A stretch of 64,000 bases of DNA from Candidatus Izemoplasmatales bacterium (lineage in GTDB: Bacteria; Bacillota_I; Bacilli_A; Izemoplasmatales; Hujiaoplasmataceae). The position numbers and the translations under genes were made by a program. The stretch is from positions 1-64,000 of the forward strand of contig JBFXGX010000007.1 in NCBI GenBank assembly GCA_050177605.1, given 5' to 3'. Below, piece by piece: positions 1 through 9,850 of this stretch (its first letter is position 1; every line of letters begins with the position of its first letter). A model generated the notes under the pieces. It was not told the DNA's origin. It was given only the letters and a program-made list of their open reading frames with translations, and did no database searches.

Positions 1-2835
1 ACACTATTTGATATCTTAAATGGTGCAGGGTTTATTAGTGGAGAAGGTAATGTTGGTCAAATCGCTGTCGACGGAGATATGGTTCGTGGAGTATTTGGCG
101 ACTTGAGTGATTCTAGTTTGGTGACTTTACTCGTTTCTAGTTTACTCGTACCAATGATTGAAAACTCAGAAGGAGATCTATCCTTAATTATCACTGTTCC
201 TGATGACATCGATTGGTCAAATGAAATCACTGCGTTAGGTGAAGTATTCGCAGAAGTAGTCGATAGTGGTGCAACTATCAATGATGTCACTGAAGGAGAT
301 CCAGCAGTATTATTAAATACTTTATCCGCAATCAATGTAAACACGATTCTTTCTTCTGAATTAATCACAACGGCATTAATCAATGTTTTATCTCAACCTG
401 AAATATTATCGATTGATTTCTTAGTCATCCCTGATAATGTGACATGGAGAGATACCTATGATGGACTTGGTAATTTAGTAAGTGAAGGTGAACTTCGTCA
501 TATATTAGTCGCTATTCAATCTTTATCTGGCGTCCTTGCTGATTTTGATCTAACCAATCTTGGACTTGATTTTGTGAGTGGACTTACTGATGATGTCATC
601 AACGATTTATTTGATTCACAGGTTTTAGTCGCTACCGTATCCGATTTATTACTTTCTGGTAGTTTACCTTTAGATATTCCTGATAGTGTCCTTGACTCCA
701 ATGGATACATCACAAAGACAGAAATTACGAACTTGAGTCTCGCCGTTAAACTAATTGTCCAAACGACTGATGGCACGACAGATTTAGATATTACCAAATT
801 ATTCAATTTATCTGATACTGATATTGATACACTCCTATCTTCAGAGATTATCAATGTTACCATTGGAAAAATGGTAAGTGAAATGGCAGGAGATCCTCTT
901 GTTGTTCCTAGTACAGTTTTAGCAAATATCTCAGTAAATCAAGGTACGATGGTTGATGTCGTTACAAAAGACGAAATCAAAGCAGTGATTCTATCTTTAC
1001 AAGCTTTAGGGATTACAAGTTTTGATAATTTAGCATTTGATGCGTCGATTCTTTCATCGCTGGAAGTTGTGCCAGCTGCCGCAGAACCAACCCTAGATGA
1101 TAATTTAATCAATCAATTACTTGGTTCTGAAATTGTTCATGCTACAGTATCGAAGATGGTACTTGATTTATCAAGTGGCGCATCAAGCGTCCTTAGTGTT
1201 CCTGCAGAAGATGCATCCAACCAACCAATTGTATACACAAGTGGTGGGGTTGATTTGTTATCAAAGACTGAAATCGGAAGTGTTTTAAAAGCACTTTACC
1301 GTATTGGAATTGATAATTTTGAATCCATCAATTTTGAAGATACATCCTTATTCTTAGATAATAAAGATATTTTACTTGATAGCGCGATTATTCATGCGAC
1401 GATTTCAGGTATGATTCTCGATGTTGCTTCATCAAGTGTTGTTATTCCTTCAGAAGATGTGTTATCAAATCCAGTGATCATAGCGTATTCTGATGTTACT
1501 TATATTGATAAAACAGAATTAAGTCACTTCTTTGATGCATTAAGTCTTTTAGGAATTACAGATCCAACAGCATTTAGTTCAGGATTAGATTTAAGCGTAT
1601 TAGCAACAGATGCTAATCAAAATACTTTCTTGTCAAGTGCAATCATGCATGCGACAGTTTCGAAAACATTATTCGATTTAGGTAGTGGAGTATTAGTCGT
1701 TCCAGCGTTTAAAGAAGATGGAACAACACCGATCAAAGTGGTTACTGGTCCTGTATCAAGCGAAACGACCTTTGTCGTTAAAGATGAAATTAAAGCTTTA
1801 CTCAATGCTTTCATTGCGATGGGATTCACGAATTTAGAGTCTTTCGGTACAAGTATTTCTTCCACTTTATTATTTGATTATAGAGAAGAAATGTTACTTA
1901 GTTCGTCTCTTCAAGCTACAATTTCTAATCAATTATTGAATGTAAGTAGTGGAACGTTACTCATCCCAGATAAAGATAGTGCATCGACACCATTACGCAT
2001 TGTCTTAACTGATGTTGAATATGTTACTTTAGATGAAATTAACGCCATTATTGATGCTTTAGAACTTCTCGGATTAACCGATTTAGCTACCTTTGATTTA
2101 TCGCCAGCGACGATATTCGCTGTTGATTTTAATGAATTACTTGCCAGCGCGACGATGCAAGCAACCGTTTCTGATTACTTACTAACGTCTGCTCTAGATG
2201 AGTCTGCCCCTGCAGGTTCTGGAAGTTTAATTATCCCTTCAGTGTTTAGAGAAACCTATGATATTAACGGTTTAGTAGCGAACGGTACATGGGTAGAAAA
2301 AACAGAATTAATTAATTTATTAACTTCATTAAACGCATTAAATATTACTGATTTTAGTGGTTCTATGGACGCTTCCATTGTCACAGATATGGATGACGCG
2401 CAGTTGAATGTATTACTCGCTAGTGCTTCAATGCATATTACGATTGATAATATGTTAAAAGGAAATAATAACATTTCAGCTTCCATTCCTGATTTAGCTT
2501 ATACAACTGCATACACGATTAATAATGTTGTTACAAAAGATGAGATTAAAGCATTTATTATCGCTTCGAATACATTATCTTCATCAAGTGATTTTACAAA
2601 CGTTAACTTTGATGTGACAGCTATTACAAGTTTAAGTGCTGGTGACAGAGATATCGTTCTTAATTCGATGATTGTACGAAACATATTAACAGATCAGTTA
2701 GAAACTACGATGACCGCTGATGACCCATTCGATTTATATTGGCCAGCAGATACCCTCTATATGAATAACGATAATACAACATTCCTTACAAAAGATGGTA
2801 TTAACGAGGTTCTTACACATTACGGTTTAATTTAA
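1..2835 (+). CDS. Large acidic repeat protein, 5' end outside the window; about 10 imperfect ~80-95 aa repeats
   Basis: Frame is open from base 1 to the TAA at 2833-2835. Recurring motifs L.S.I.HAT.S, (I/V)P and K.E(I/L)..(L/I)..L..LG(I/F). Confidence 0.85.
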   Translation, partial: TLFDILNGAGFISGEGNVGQIAVDGDMVRGVFGDLSDSSLVTLLVSSLLVPMIENSEGDLSLIITVPDDIDWSNEITALGEVFAEVVDSGATINDVTEGDPAVLLNTLSAINVNTILSSELITTALINVLSQPEILSIDFLVIPDNVTWRDTYDGLGNLVSEGELRHILVAIQSLSGVLADFDLTNLGLDFVSGLTDDVINDLFDSQVLVATVSDLLLSGSLPLDIPDSVLDSNGYITKTEITNLSLAVKLIVQTTDGTTDLDITKLFNLSDTDIDTLLSSEIINVTIGKMVSEMAGDPLVVPSTVLANISVNQGTMVDVVTKDEIKAVILSLQALGITSFDNLAFDASILSSLEVVPAAAEPTLDDNLINQLLGSEIVHATVSKMVLDLSSGASSVLSVPAEDASNQPIVYTSGGVDLLSKTEIGSVLKALYRIGIDNFESINFEDTSLFLDNKDILLDSAIIHATISGMILDVASSSVVIPSEDVLSNPVIIAYSDVTYIDKTELSHFFDALSLLGITDPTAFSSGLDLSVLATDANQNTFLSSAIMHATVSKTLFDLGSGVLVVPAFKEDGTTPIKVVTGPVSSETTFVVKDEIKALLNAFIAMGFTNLESFGTSISSTLLFDYREEMLLSSSLQATISNQLLNVSSGTLLIPDKDSASTPLRIVLTDVEYVTLDEINAIIDALELLGLTDLATFDLSPATIFAVDFNELLASATMQATVSDYLLTSALDESAPAGSGSLIIPSVFRETYDINGLVANGTWVEKTELINLLTSLNALNITDFSGSMDASIVTDMDDAQLNVLLASASMHITIDNMLKGNNNISASIPDLAYTTAYTINNVVTKDEIKAFIIASNTLSSSSDFTNVNFDVTAITSLSAGDRDIVLNSMIVRNILTDQLETTMTADDPFDLYWPADTLYMNNDNTTFLTKDGINEVLTHYGLI

Positions 2836-2923
2836 CCGATTGAGAAAGAGAAAATATTTCTCTTTCTTTTTTTTACACCAAAGGTGTATAATAAAAGGGC
2901 ATCTTAAAAAAAGGAGATTTACT

Positions 2924-4546
2924 ATGAAGAAACTACTTATCTTATTTGCGCTTGTTTTTACGGTACTGACCGTCTCTGCTTGCCAACTATCCAATGTGAC
3001 AACGACTTCAACTGTGGACAGCACGACATCCACATCAATATCGAATAATGAAACATCTGATTCGACCACTACATCCACGAATTCGTCAGTATCAACGACG
3101 ATTTCAACATCTGAAAATGTGATAATTGATTTATATTCCATGAATGATTTCCATGGTGGTGCATATTCTAGCATCAATACATTATCAAATGTCGCAGCGT
3201 ATCTAGATGAAGCAAGAAGTGCGAATCCATATACTGTCTTTTTATCGACGGGAGATATGCTTCAGGGAACAGCTTTCTCTAATTATTACTATGGAAGACC
3301 GATTATTGAGATTCTCGATGATATGGGGCTCGTTGGTTTTACGCTTGGTAATCATGAGTTTGACTGGGGAATTGATAAAATAGCCGAATATAGTGATTTA
3401 AATCAAAGTAATGGTGAAGCGAGTTATCCATTTGTCGCAGCGAATATTGTCTATGAAGACACATTACAACCTCTCCCATTTACTGTCCCTTATACCATTA
3501 CTGAAATAAATGGTGTGCGTATTGGTGTGATTGGGGTCATCGGGAATGTGATTAATTCAATCAGCGCTTCTCGTGTTGAAAATATTGTTTTTCTAGATCC
3601 TGCGGATACAGTATATAAATATGCCGATATCTTAAGAACAGAACAAGATTGTGACATTGTTGTTGCCTCAATTCATGATTATGATCAACAAATGAATTCT
3701 GAAATCGCAAGTTTTACAGGAACACATTATGTGGATGCCATTTTTAACGGACATTCTCATACAAATGTGGCTTCCTCAATTAATCGTTCTGGCGTAAGTT
3801 TACCTTATGCTCAGGCATCTAATTATTCGAATAGTTTATTAACTAAAATTTCTTTAGTATACAATAATCCAACTGGCAAAGTGACCTCCGCTTATGCTTA
3901 TGTCCTTGATAGTAGTGACTTAGATCAATCAAGTTCTACAATCGATGCCGTGATTAATACCTATACGAGTGATCCTGTTTATACTGCTTTTGTAACTGAT
4001 GTTTTAGCATATACACCAAATTATATTGATAAATATGATATGGGCACATGGGGTGCTTCAGTCATTCGCGATTATATGGGTGTAGATTTTGGAATGCTTA
4101 ATTCTGGTGGATTTAGAGTGAGTATCCCTGCAGGGAATATCACCATGGGTAAGATGGTTGAAGTGTATCCATTTGATAATTACTTAAAAAAAGTAGAATT
4201 ACTTGGTTCCGCTTTAACAGACCTTTATTTTTCTGGATATGATGTCGTCTTTGATGATTCAATTACATCGAGTGGCGGGAATATCTATAAAAATGGCGTT
4301 TTGATTCAAGATAATCAGTACTACAGTGTAGCCGCTGTCGATTATATTTTTGATAAAGATTATTATCCATTCTTAAGTGGTAGAAATATTGAGCAAACAA
4401 CTTTCTTGATGAGGGATCTACTTGTTCAAGACTTAAGAAATACTGTAGGAAATTTCTCACCATTTAATGGCACTAGTTATCCAGGAACGCAAAACACTAG
4501 TTTTTATTCTTATTATTATAACCATATGAGAGATTCAGTTCTTTAA
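2924..4546 (+). CDS. 5'-nucleotidase / bifunctional metallophosphatase lipoprotein
   Basis: RBS AAGGAG then ATG at 2924; lipobox VSAC; Ser/Thr-rich linker; motifs NDFHG, GD, GNHEFD, GHSH; C-terminal NSGGFR and YPFDN. Confidence 0.9.
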   Translation: MKKLLILFALVFTVLTVSACQLSNVTTTSTVDSTTSTSISNNETSDSTTTSTNSSVSTTISTSENVIIDLYSMNDFHGGAYSSINTLSNVAAYLDEARSANPYTVFLSTGDMLQGTAFSNYYYGRPIIEILDDMGLVGFTLGNHEFDWGIDKIAEYSDLNQSNGEASYPFVAANIVYEDTLQPLPFTVPYTITEINGVRIGVIGVIGNVINSISASRVENIVFLDPADTVYKYADILRTEQDCDIVVASIHDYDQQMNSEIASFTGTHYVDAIFNGHSHTNVASSINRSGVSLPYAQASNYSNSLLTKISLVYNNPTGKVTSAYAYVLDSSDLDQSSSTIDAVINTYTSDPVYTAFVTDVLAYTPNYIDKYDMGTWGASVIRDYMGVDFGMLNSGGFRVSIPAGNITMGKMVEVYPFDNYLKKVELLGSALTDLYFSGYDVVFDDSITSSGGNIYKNGVLIQDNQYYSVAAVDYIFDKDYYPFLSGRNIEQTTFLMRDLLVQDLRNTVGNFSPFNGTSYPGTQNTSFYSYYYNHMRDSVL

Positions 4547-4547
4547 T

Positions 4548-4582
4548 AAAAAAATGTCCAATTGACTTTGGACATTTTTTTT
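4548..4582. terminator. Bidirectional intrinsic terminator
   Basis: AAAAAATGTCCAA-loop-TTGGACATTTTTT between convergent genes. Confidence 0.8.
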
Positions 4583-5963
4583 ATACGTTATTATATTTTT
4601 TTTGAAGTCGATCAATTCGGTTGAGTTCGATAAAATGGAGAATCATCGATATGAGGCCAGCTAGAATGTCTGATGCGACGAAGCTCCACCAAATACCTGA
4701 TATTCCGAAGAAATAGGAGAAGAGGTAGACAAAAGGAATAAAGAAGATGGCTTGTCTAGATAATGCAATCAGGGCTGCTTTAAATGCATAGCCTTCCGAT
4801 TGGTAAACACTACTTACAACCACTTGGAATCCTGCAAGTAGGAAACCAATAGAAATGATTCTAAACGCTTTGGAACCGACAAGGATAAAGGTTGATCCTG
4901 GATTATTATCAAACAATAAGAACATAGGTACTGAAGCTAATTGGATAAGAATCACACTGAACAAAAAGTAAACTAGGATAATCTTCATCGTATAACTAAT
5001 GGCTTCATGAAGTCGATGATAGTTTTTAGCCCCATAATTAAATCCTACAATCGGCGCTAATCCTTGAACAATACCAAACGATGGCATAAACATGAAAGTG
5101 ATTAATCGGTTTATTGTTGAATAGATTGACTGATAGAGTTCAGTATCATCCACCGCATAGACTCTAATGAGGTTCATAATCACAATTGTGATGATCGCTC
5201 CAATTGCATTTCGAAGAAACGAAGGGAAACCAATAGCCAATGTTTCGTTTGCTATTTTATAATCAATATTGAAATGAGTATAATCAATTTTTAATGCACT
5301 ATCATGTTTGTTTGCTTGATAGAAGATGTAAATAAATGCGATTATTTGAGAAATAATGGTAGCGACTGCGGCACCTCTAATTCCCATATCTAGTCCCCAA
5401 CTGAAAATAAAGATAGGATCAAGTATAATATTTAGCCCTGTACCAATAATCATTGAAACCATGGCAATATGGGCTCTGCCCTCTGCTCTGGTCAGGTTAT
5501 TGAGAACCATTGTGAGGCTTAATGGGATTAACCCAAACAAAATCACGAACAAGTAATCTCTAGCATAGCCAATATTGATATCTGTCGCTCCAAACAATCT
5601 TAAAAGTGGGTCTAAGAAAATAAAACCAATTACAGTAAAGACAATCGCAAGGATGACATCAAGTCTAAGCGCAGTATTCACTGCAGCTTTCATTTTGACC
5701 TCGTCTTTTTCACCAAAAGCTCTCGAGAAGATTGAGGCGCTTCCCATACCGACCATTAATCCTACGGCAGTGACAATCATTTGAATTGGAAATGCAAGCC
5801 CTAAACCACCAATGGCATCCGTTGAGACACCTCGACCAACAAAGATTGCGTCGATAAAGTTATATAATGCATTCACAAACATTCCTGCAATGGCTGGTAA
5901 GGATAGTTTCGCAAGCAATTTTTTGATATTCATGTTCGCTAACATTTCGGCGTTTCTATTCAA
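4581..5963 (-). CDS. MATE family efflux transporter
   Basis: About 12 TM segments; LYNFIDAIFVG, LNIILDPIFIF, GIRGAAVAT and GFNYGAK motifs. Confidence 0.9.
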   Translation of the reverse strand: MNRNAEMLANMNIKKLLAKLSLPAIAGMFVNALYNFIDAIFVGRGVSTDAIGGLGLAFPIQMIVTAVGLMVGMGSASIFSRAFGEKDEVKMKAAVNTALRLDVILAIVFTVIGFIFLDPLLRLFGATDINIGYARDYLFVILFGLIPLSLTMVLNNLTRAEGRAHIAMVSMIIGTGLNIILDPIFIFSWGLDMGIRGAAVATIISQIIAFIYIFYQANKHDSALKIDYTHFNIDYKIANETLAIGFPSFLRNAIGAIITIVIMNLIRVYAVDDTELYQSIYSTINRLITFMFMPSFGIVQGLAPIVGFNYGAKNYHRLHEAISYTMKIILVYFLFSVILIQLASVPMFLLFDNNPGSTFILVGSKAFRIISIGFLLAGFQVVVSSVYQSEGYAFKAALIALSRQAIFFIPFVYLFSYFFGISGIWWSFVASDILAGLISMILHFIELNRIDRLQKKYNNV

Positions 5964-6041
5964 ATTATCACATCCTTACTCAAAATTATACATTAAAAAA
6001 GATTCATTACCTTCTCTAACGCAATAAAAAAGAAAAACTGA

Positions 6042-6629
6042 TTACTCAGTTTTGCCCCCAAATGGGTTAATGTTATGTTCAAGAACACTAAATTTTCTGT
6101 TTTTGTATACAACATGATTGATTGAACAATTGAACAAGAAACTTGTATAAGTAAAGTCAGGAACGAGATTCACAAGTAATGCTTTGATGACATGCGAATG
6201 GGTTACTACAAGTAATTTTTTGTTCGGATATTGTCTACAAATATCCTTTAAAGCATGAATAATTCGTTTCTCAAGAACATCATTTTGTTCCATATGAGGA
6301 ATTGCGCCATGCTTAATCAGGTCTGCATACTCATCATTGATTTTTTGTCCATCGTATTCGCCAAAATTACGTTCAATTAAATCTTGATGAACAATGATAG
6401 GTTTGGTACTTCTCATTGCTTGTGTCATTATTTTAGCTGTATCAAATGCTCTCTTTAAAGGAGAGGTGATTACAAAATTAACAACAATACCATGATTCTT
6501 AAAATATTCCCCTGCTTGATAGGCTTGTTTCTTTCCCCAATCGTTCAACGGATTATCCATCCGTCCCTGAACGATGTAGTTTTTGTTCGCATCGGTTTCT
6601 CCGTGTCGAACTAAATAGATTTCATTCAT
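6042..6629 (-). CDS. Histidine phosphatase (phosphoglycerate mutase-like) family protein
   Basis: LVRHGET, SPLKRA, ERNFG and VTH motifs. Confidence 0.9.
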   Translation of the reverse strand: MNEIYLVRHGETDANKNYIVQGRMDNPLNDWGKKQAYQAGEYFKNHGIVVNFVITSPLKRAFDTAKIMTQAMRSTKPIIVHQDLIERNFGEYDGQKINDEYADLIKHGAIPHMEQNDVLEKRIIHALKDICRQYPNKKLLVVTHSHVIKALLVNLVPDFTYTSFLFNCSINHVVYKNRKFSVLEHNINPFGGKTE

Positions 6630-6698
6630 TTAACTCACCTTAAACAATTATACTACAAAACAGTAAAAATGTGTTATAATTTTTTTGAGGTGATATGT

Positions 6699-7997
6699 AT
6701 GCGAATGGTAGACTTGATTGAAAAGAAAAGGGACTCACACATTCATACAGAAGAAGAAATAAAATTCATTATCGATGGATACGTAAAGGGCGAAATTCCT
6801 GATTATCAAATTAGTGCTTGGCTAATGGCTGTCTTTTTTCAAGGGATGAGCGATGAGGAAGCATTCTTTTTAACTAAGGCAATGCTTTATAGTGGTGAGA
6901 CCATCGATTTATCCGGTATTTTAGGGATTAAAGTCGATAAGCACTCCACAGGAGGCGTCGGCGATAAAACAACACTAATCCTTGGACCTTTAGTCGCAAG
7001 TTGTGGTGTAAAAGTTGCAAAATTATCCGGTAGAGGGTTAGGCCATACAGGAGGAACACTTGATAAATTAGAATCGATTGATGGTTGCCATATTGGCTTA
7101 TCGGAGAATGAATTTATTGATCAAGTGAACAAAATTGGAATCGCAGTAGCAGGACAAACAGGAGAAATTGTTCCTGCTGATAAACTACTTTATGCATTAA
7201 GAGATGTGACCGCAACCGTAGAATCGATTCCACTCATTGCATCGAGCATTATCTCTAAAAAACTAGCTAGTGGGGCCGATGTGATTTGTCTTGATGTAAA
7301 AATTGGAGACGGTGCTTTCATGAAGACAATCGAAGATGCGAAAGAATTATCGAGAATCATGGTTTCGATTGGCGAATCATTTGGCAAAAAAGTGACTGCT
7401 TTTATTACTGGCATGGACCAACCTCTTGGTTTTGCGGTTGGAAACCGTCTTGAAGTGAAAGAAGCAATCGAAACACTTGGTGGACACGGTCCTAGCGATT
7501 TAGAGACGTTATGTATTGAAATTGCATCTTATATGATTTACTATGCCGACAAAACAAGCACTTTAGAAGAAGCGAAATCTCTCGCTTTTGAAAAACTTCA
7601 TAATGGAGAAGCACTCGCTAAATTCTATGAATTTATTGCGGCGCAAGGCGGACATATTGACGATCTTGATACATTTATAGAAGTAAAAGAAGTGTATCCG
7701 TATCTTGCTAAAAAAGAAGGATATATCAAAGAAATTAAGGCATTAAATATTGGACTTACATCAATGAAACTCGGTGGAGGACGCAAAACAAAAGAAGATA
7801 CTATTGATCCAATGGTAGGGATTGTTTTGAATAAAAAAGTTGCTGATTTCGTTAAAAAAGGTGACACTTTAGCATTAATTTATATGAACACCCCAAAAAC
7901 CGATGAAATAATTGCGACCCTTGATGAGGCATTTGAAATCGTTGATTATGAGACTGAGGCAGCACCCATTATTTACGAAGTGATTACACACGAGTAG
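6699..7997 (+). CDS. pdp: Pyrimidine-nucleoside phosphorylase
   Basis: DKHSTGGVGDK, SGRGLGHTGGTLDKLE and LRDVTATV motifs; GAGGTG RBS before ATG at 6699. Confidence 0.95.
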   Translation: MRMVDLIEKKRDSHIHTEEEIKFIIDGYVKGEIPDYQISAWLMAVFFQGMSDEEAFFLTKAMLYSGETIDLSGILGIKVDKHSTGGVGDKTTLILGPLVASCGVKVAKLSGRGLGHTGGTLDKLESIDGCHIGLSENEFIDQVNKIGIAVAGQTGEIVPADKLLYALRDVTATVESIPLIASSIISKKLASGADVICLDVKIGDGAFMKTIEDAKELSRIMVSIGESFGKKVTAFITGMDQPLGFAVGNRLEVKEAIETLGGHGPSDLETLCIEIASYMIYYADKTSTLEEAKSLAFEKLHNGEALAKFYEFIAAQGGHIDDLDTFIEVKEVYPYLAKKEGYIKEIKALNIGLTSMKLGGGRKTKEDTIDPMVGIVLNKKVADFVKKGDTLALIYMNTPKTDEIIATLDEAFEIVDYETEAAPIIYEVITHE

Positions 7998-8005
7998 GCG
8001 ATAAT

Positions 8006-8935
8006 ATGAGAGAGAATCGATATATTGAAAAGGTAATCGAATATACAAAGAAATACTATAAAGAAGATATTGATGGTATTGTGGCGTATGGTTCTTTTGT
8101 CAGAGGCGATATGCACGAGCATTCTGATATTGATCTCTTCTTTATTCCTTCCTCCGAAAGAGGATTTATGGCTTCGTTTCAAGTAATTATTGATGATATT
8201 GGATATGATTTTTTCCCGCTTACGTGGGATAGACTGATCAAAATATCTAAATTTGAAGATCCACTCACATCACTCATTCTTGAAGGCGTGATGGTCTATC
8301 ATCGTCATGATGAGGTTTTTAATCGTTTTGAAGAACTAAGGAAAGATACAGTACACTTTGACAGGTATGAGTCTTTATTACCTGGGATTGTAAAAGAACT
8401 AAAATATCTTTATTTTGATTATCCAGAAACAATCCCTGACATCTTAACAAAATGTGTGATGGCGGTGATGTACAAAAATCATCTTCCTTTACGTAAGGGT
8501 ATGATGGATTTTGAAAAAGAACTTGAAGATGTCCTCAAACCGCACTTATTTGTTGAAAATATCAAATTTTTAATCGAAAATCCGACAAAATCAGGAATTA
8601 AACAATTAATTGAGTCTTGTGAATTATTTCTCTTTGACAAAGAAGAAGAAACCAATGAACTCTATCCTGGTTTTTATGAAGAACTCAAATCACTCTATCA
8701 AAAGGGACATGAAACGACTTCTGTATACAAACAATATTTCATCAAAAGTATCATTGATAAAGAATCGACTTCATATTTTGGTCGTCAGGTTTCTTTTCCA
8801 AAACAAAATAAAACTTATGATGAATGGTTAAACGAACATGAAGCAAAAGTCAAAAGTATTCTTCATGAAAAAAATGTGATGATTCATGAGTACACAACCC
8901 TTGAAGATTTCCTATTATTTTATTTAAAGGTATAA
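8006..8935 (+). CDS. Nucleotidyltransferase-domain protein (Pol-beta fold)
   Basis: N-terminal YGSFVRG...SDID motif followed by a helical C-terminal region. Confidence 0.7.
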   Translation: MRENRYIEKVIEYTKKYYKEDIDGIVAYGSFVRGDMHEHSDIDLFFIPSSERGFMASFQVIIDDIGYDFFPLTWDRLIKISKFEDPLTSLILEGVMVYHRHDEVFNRFEELRKDTVHFDRYESLLPGIVKELKYLYFDYPETIPDILTKCVMAVMYKNHLPLRKGMMDFEKELEDVLKPHLFVENIKFLIENPTKSGIKQLIESCELFLFDKEEETNELYPGFYEELKSLYQKGHETTSVYKQYFIKSIIDKESTSYFGRQVSFPKQNKTYDEWLNEHEAKVKSILHEKNVMIHEYTTLEDFLLFYLKV

Positions 8936-8975
8936 TGTTGTACTTTATTCAGATATCTGTTATAATAAAGAAGTA

Positions 8976-9066
8976 AAAATAAGGGGAGCTTAGAGTACTA
9001 GGCTGAGAGTATAACTGTTCTGTTATAGACCTTACCTGATCTGGATAATGCCAGCGTAGGAAGCAA
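8976..9066 (+). ncRNA. TPP riboswitch
   Basis: GGGGAGC...GGCTGAGAG...GACC..ACCTGATCTGGATAATGCCAGCGTAGGAAG. Promoter upstream (TTGTAC-17-TATAAT at 8961) and a thiamine transporter downstream. Confidence 0.95.
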
Positions 9067-9080
9067 ATACGACATTCAGG

Positions 9081-9112
9081 CAACCACTTATTTTAGAGTG
9101 GTTGTTTTTTTT
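9081..9112 (+). terminator. Terminator of the riboswitch expression platform
   Basis: CAACCACT-loop-AGTGGTTG followed by T8. Confidence 0.85.
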
Positions 9113-9134
9113 ACATCATAGAAAGGGAGGACTT

Positions 9135-9734
9135 ATGAAGAAAAAACAAGAAGTACAAGTTTTAATTGAAGTCGCAATTTTTGTGGCTATTGCAATTGTA
9201 TTAGACATTTTATTTGGAATGTTTTCAACACTTCCATATGGTGGTAGTATTTCTGTTGCAATGTTACCAATTTTTATCGTTGCGGCTAGAAGAGGTTTGA
9301 AATACGGATTGATCGCAGGATTATTGTTTGGAATTATTCCTGGATTTCTATTCAAAGTGTATTTTTTGAACTTTGGGCAATACTTTTTAGATTATATTTT
9401 GGCTTTTACGGTGCTAGGTGTAGGTGCCTTGATACCAAAGGCTAAAGAAAAAACGTCTCGATTCGTATGGCTAATCATTGTTGGTAGTGTATTAAGATTA
9501 ATTGCAGCATCGCTAGCAGGCGTTGCGTACTGGGCAGCTTACATTCCTGAAGAAATGGTTTGGTTCGATGGACTGTTTGGAACGGCGTTATCCACGTCTC
9601 TTGGTCAAGATGCCTTGATATTTGTAGGATCATTTGTATATAATTCGCTCTACTTGATACCATCAGCTATCCTTTGCATTATTATCGGTATTATTTTGCA
9701 CAAACGGAAAATTATCGAATATAATTTGCACTAA
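9135..9734 (+). CDS. thiT: ECF transporter thiamine S-component ThiT
   Basis: LPYGGSIS, RRGLKYG, LDYILAF and YN..Y motifs; lies downstream of a TPP riboswitch. Confidence 0.9.
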   Translation: MKKKQEVQVLIEVAIFVAIAIVLDILFGMFSTLPYGGSISVAMLPIFIVAARRGLKYGLIAGLLFGIIPGFLFKVYFLNFGQYFLDYILAFTVLGVGALIPKAKEKTSRFVWLIIVGSVLRLIAASLAGVAYWAAYIPEEMVWFDGLFGTALSTSLGQDALIFVGSFVYNSLYLIPSAILCIIIGIILHKRKIIEYNLH

Positions 9735-9778
9735 TAAAGAAGCATTCACCTATGGTGAATCTTTTTTTTAAATGGTTT

Positions 9779-9805
9779 TTAGCACTCGATGGTTGACAGT
9801 GCTAG
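9779..9805 (+). promoter_or_regulatory. CIRCE element (HrcA operator) overlapping the htpG -35 box
   Basis: TTAGCACTC-N9-CAGTGCTAG versus consensus TTAGCACTC-N9-GAGTGCTAA. TTGACA at 9793-9798; TGnTATAAT with TATAAT at 9815-9820. Confidence 0.85.
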
Positions 9806-9850
9806 TATTTGTGATATAATAGATAATGATGATTTTAGTAGGAGGATATT

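Noticed and set aside
57..2684. Several antisense ORFs within the repeat-protein gene (and similar short shadow ORFs across the window)
   Set aside because: They lie fully opposite or inside well-supported genes, lack RBS or motifs, and are expected from codon bias.
2995..3110. Ser/Thr-rich low-complexity stretch as a DNA repeat
   Set aside because: It is an ordinary lipoprotein linker with no exact tandem DNA repeat.
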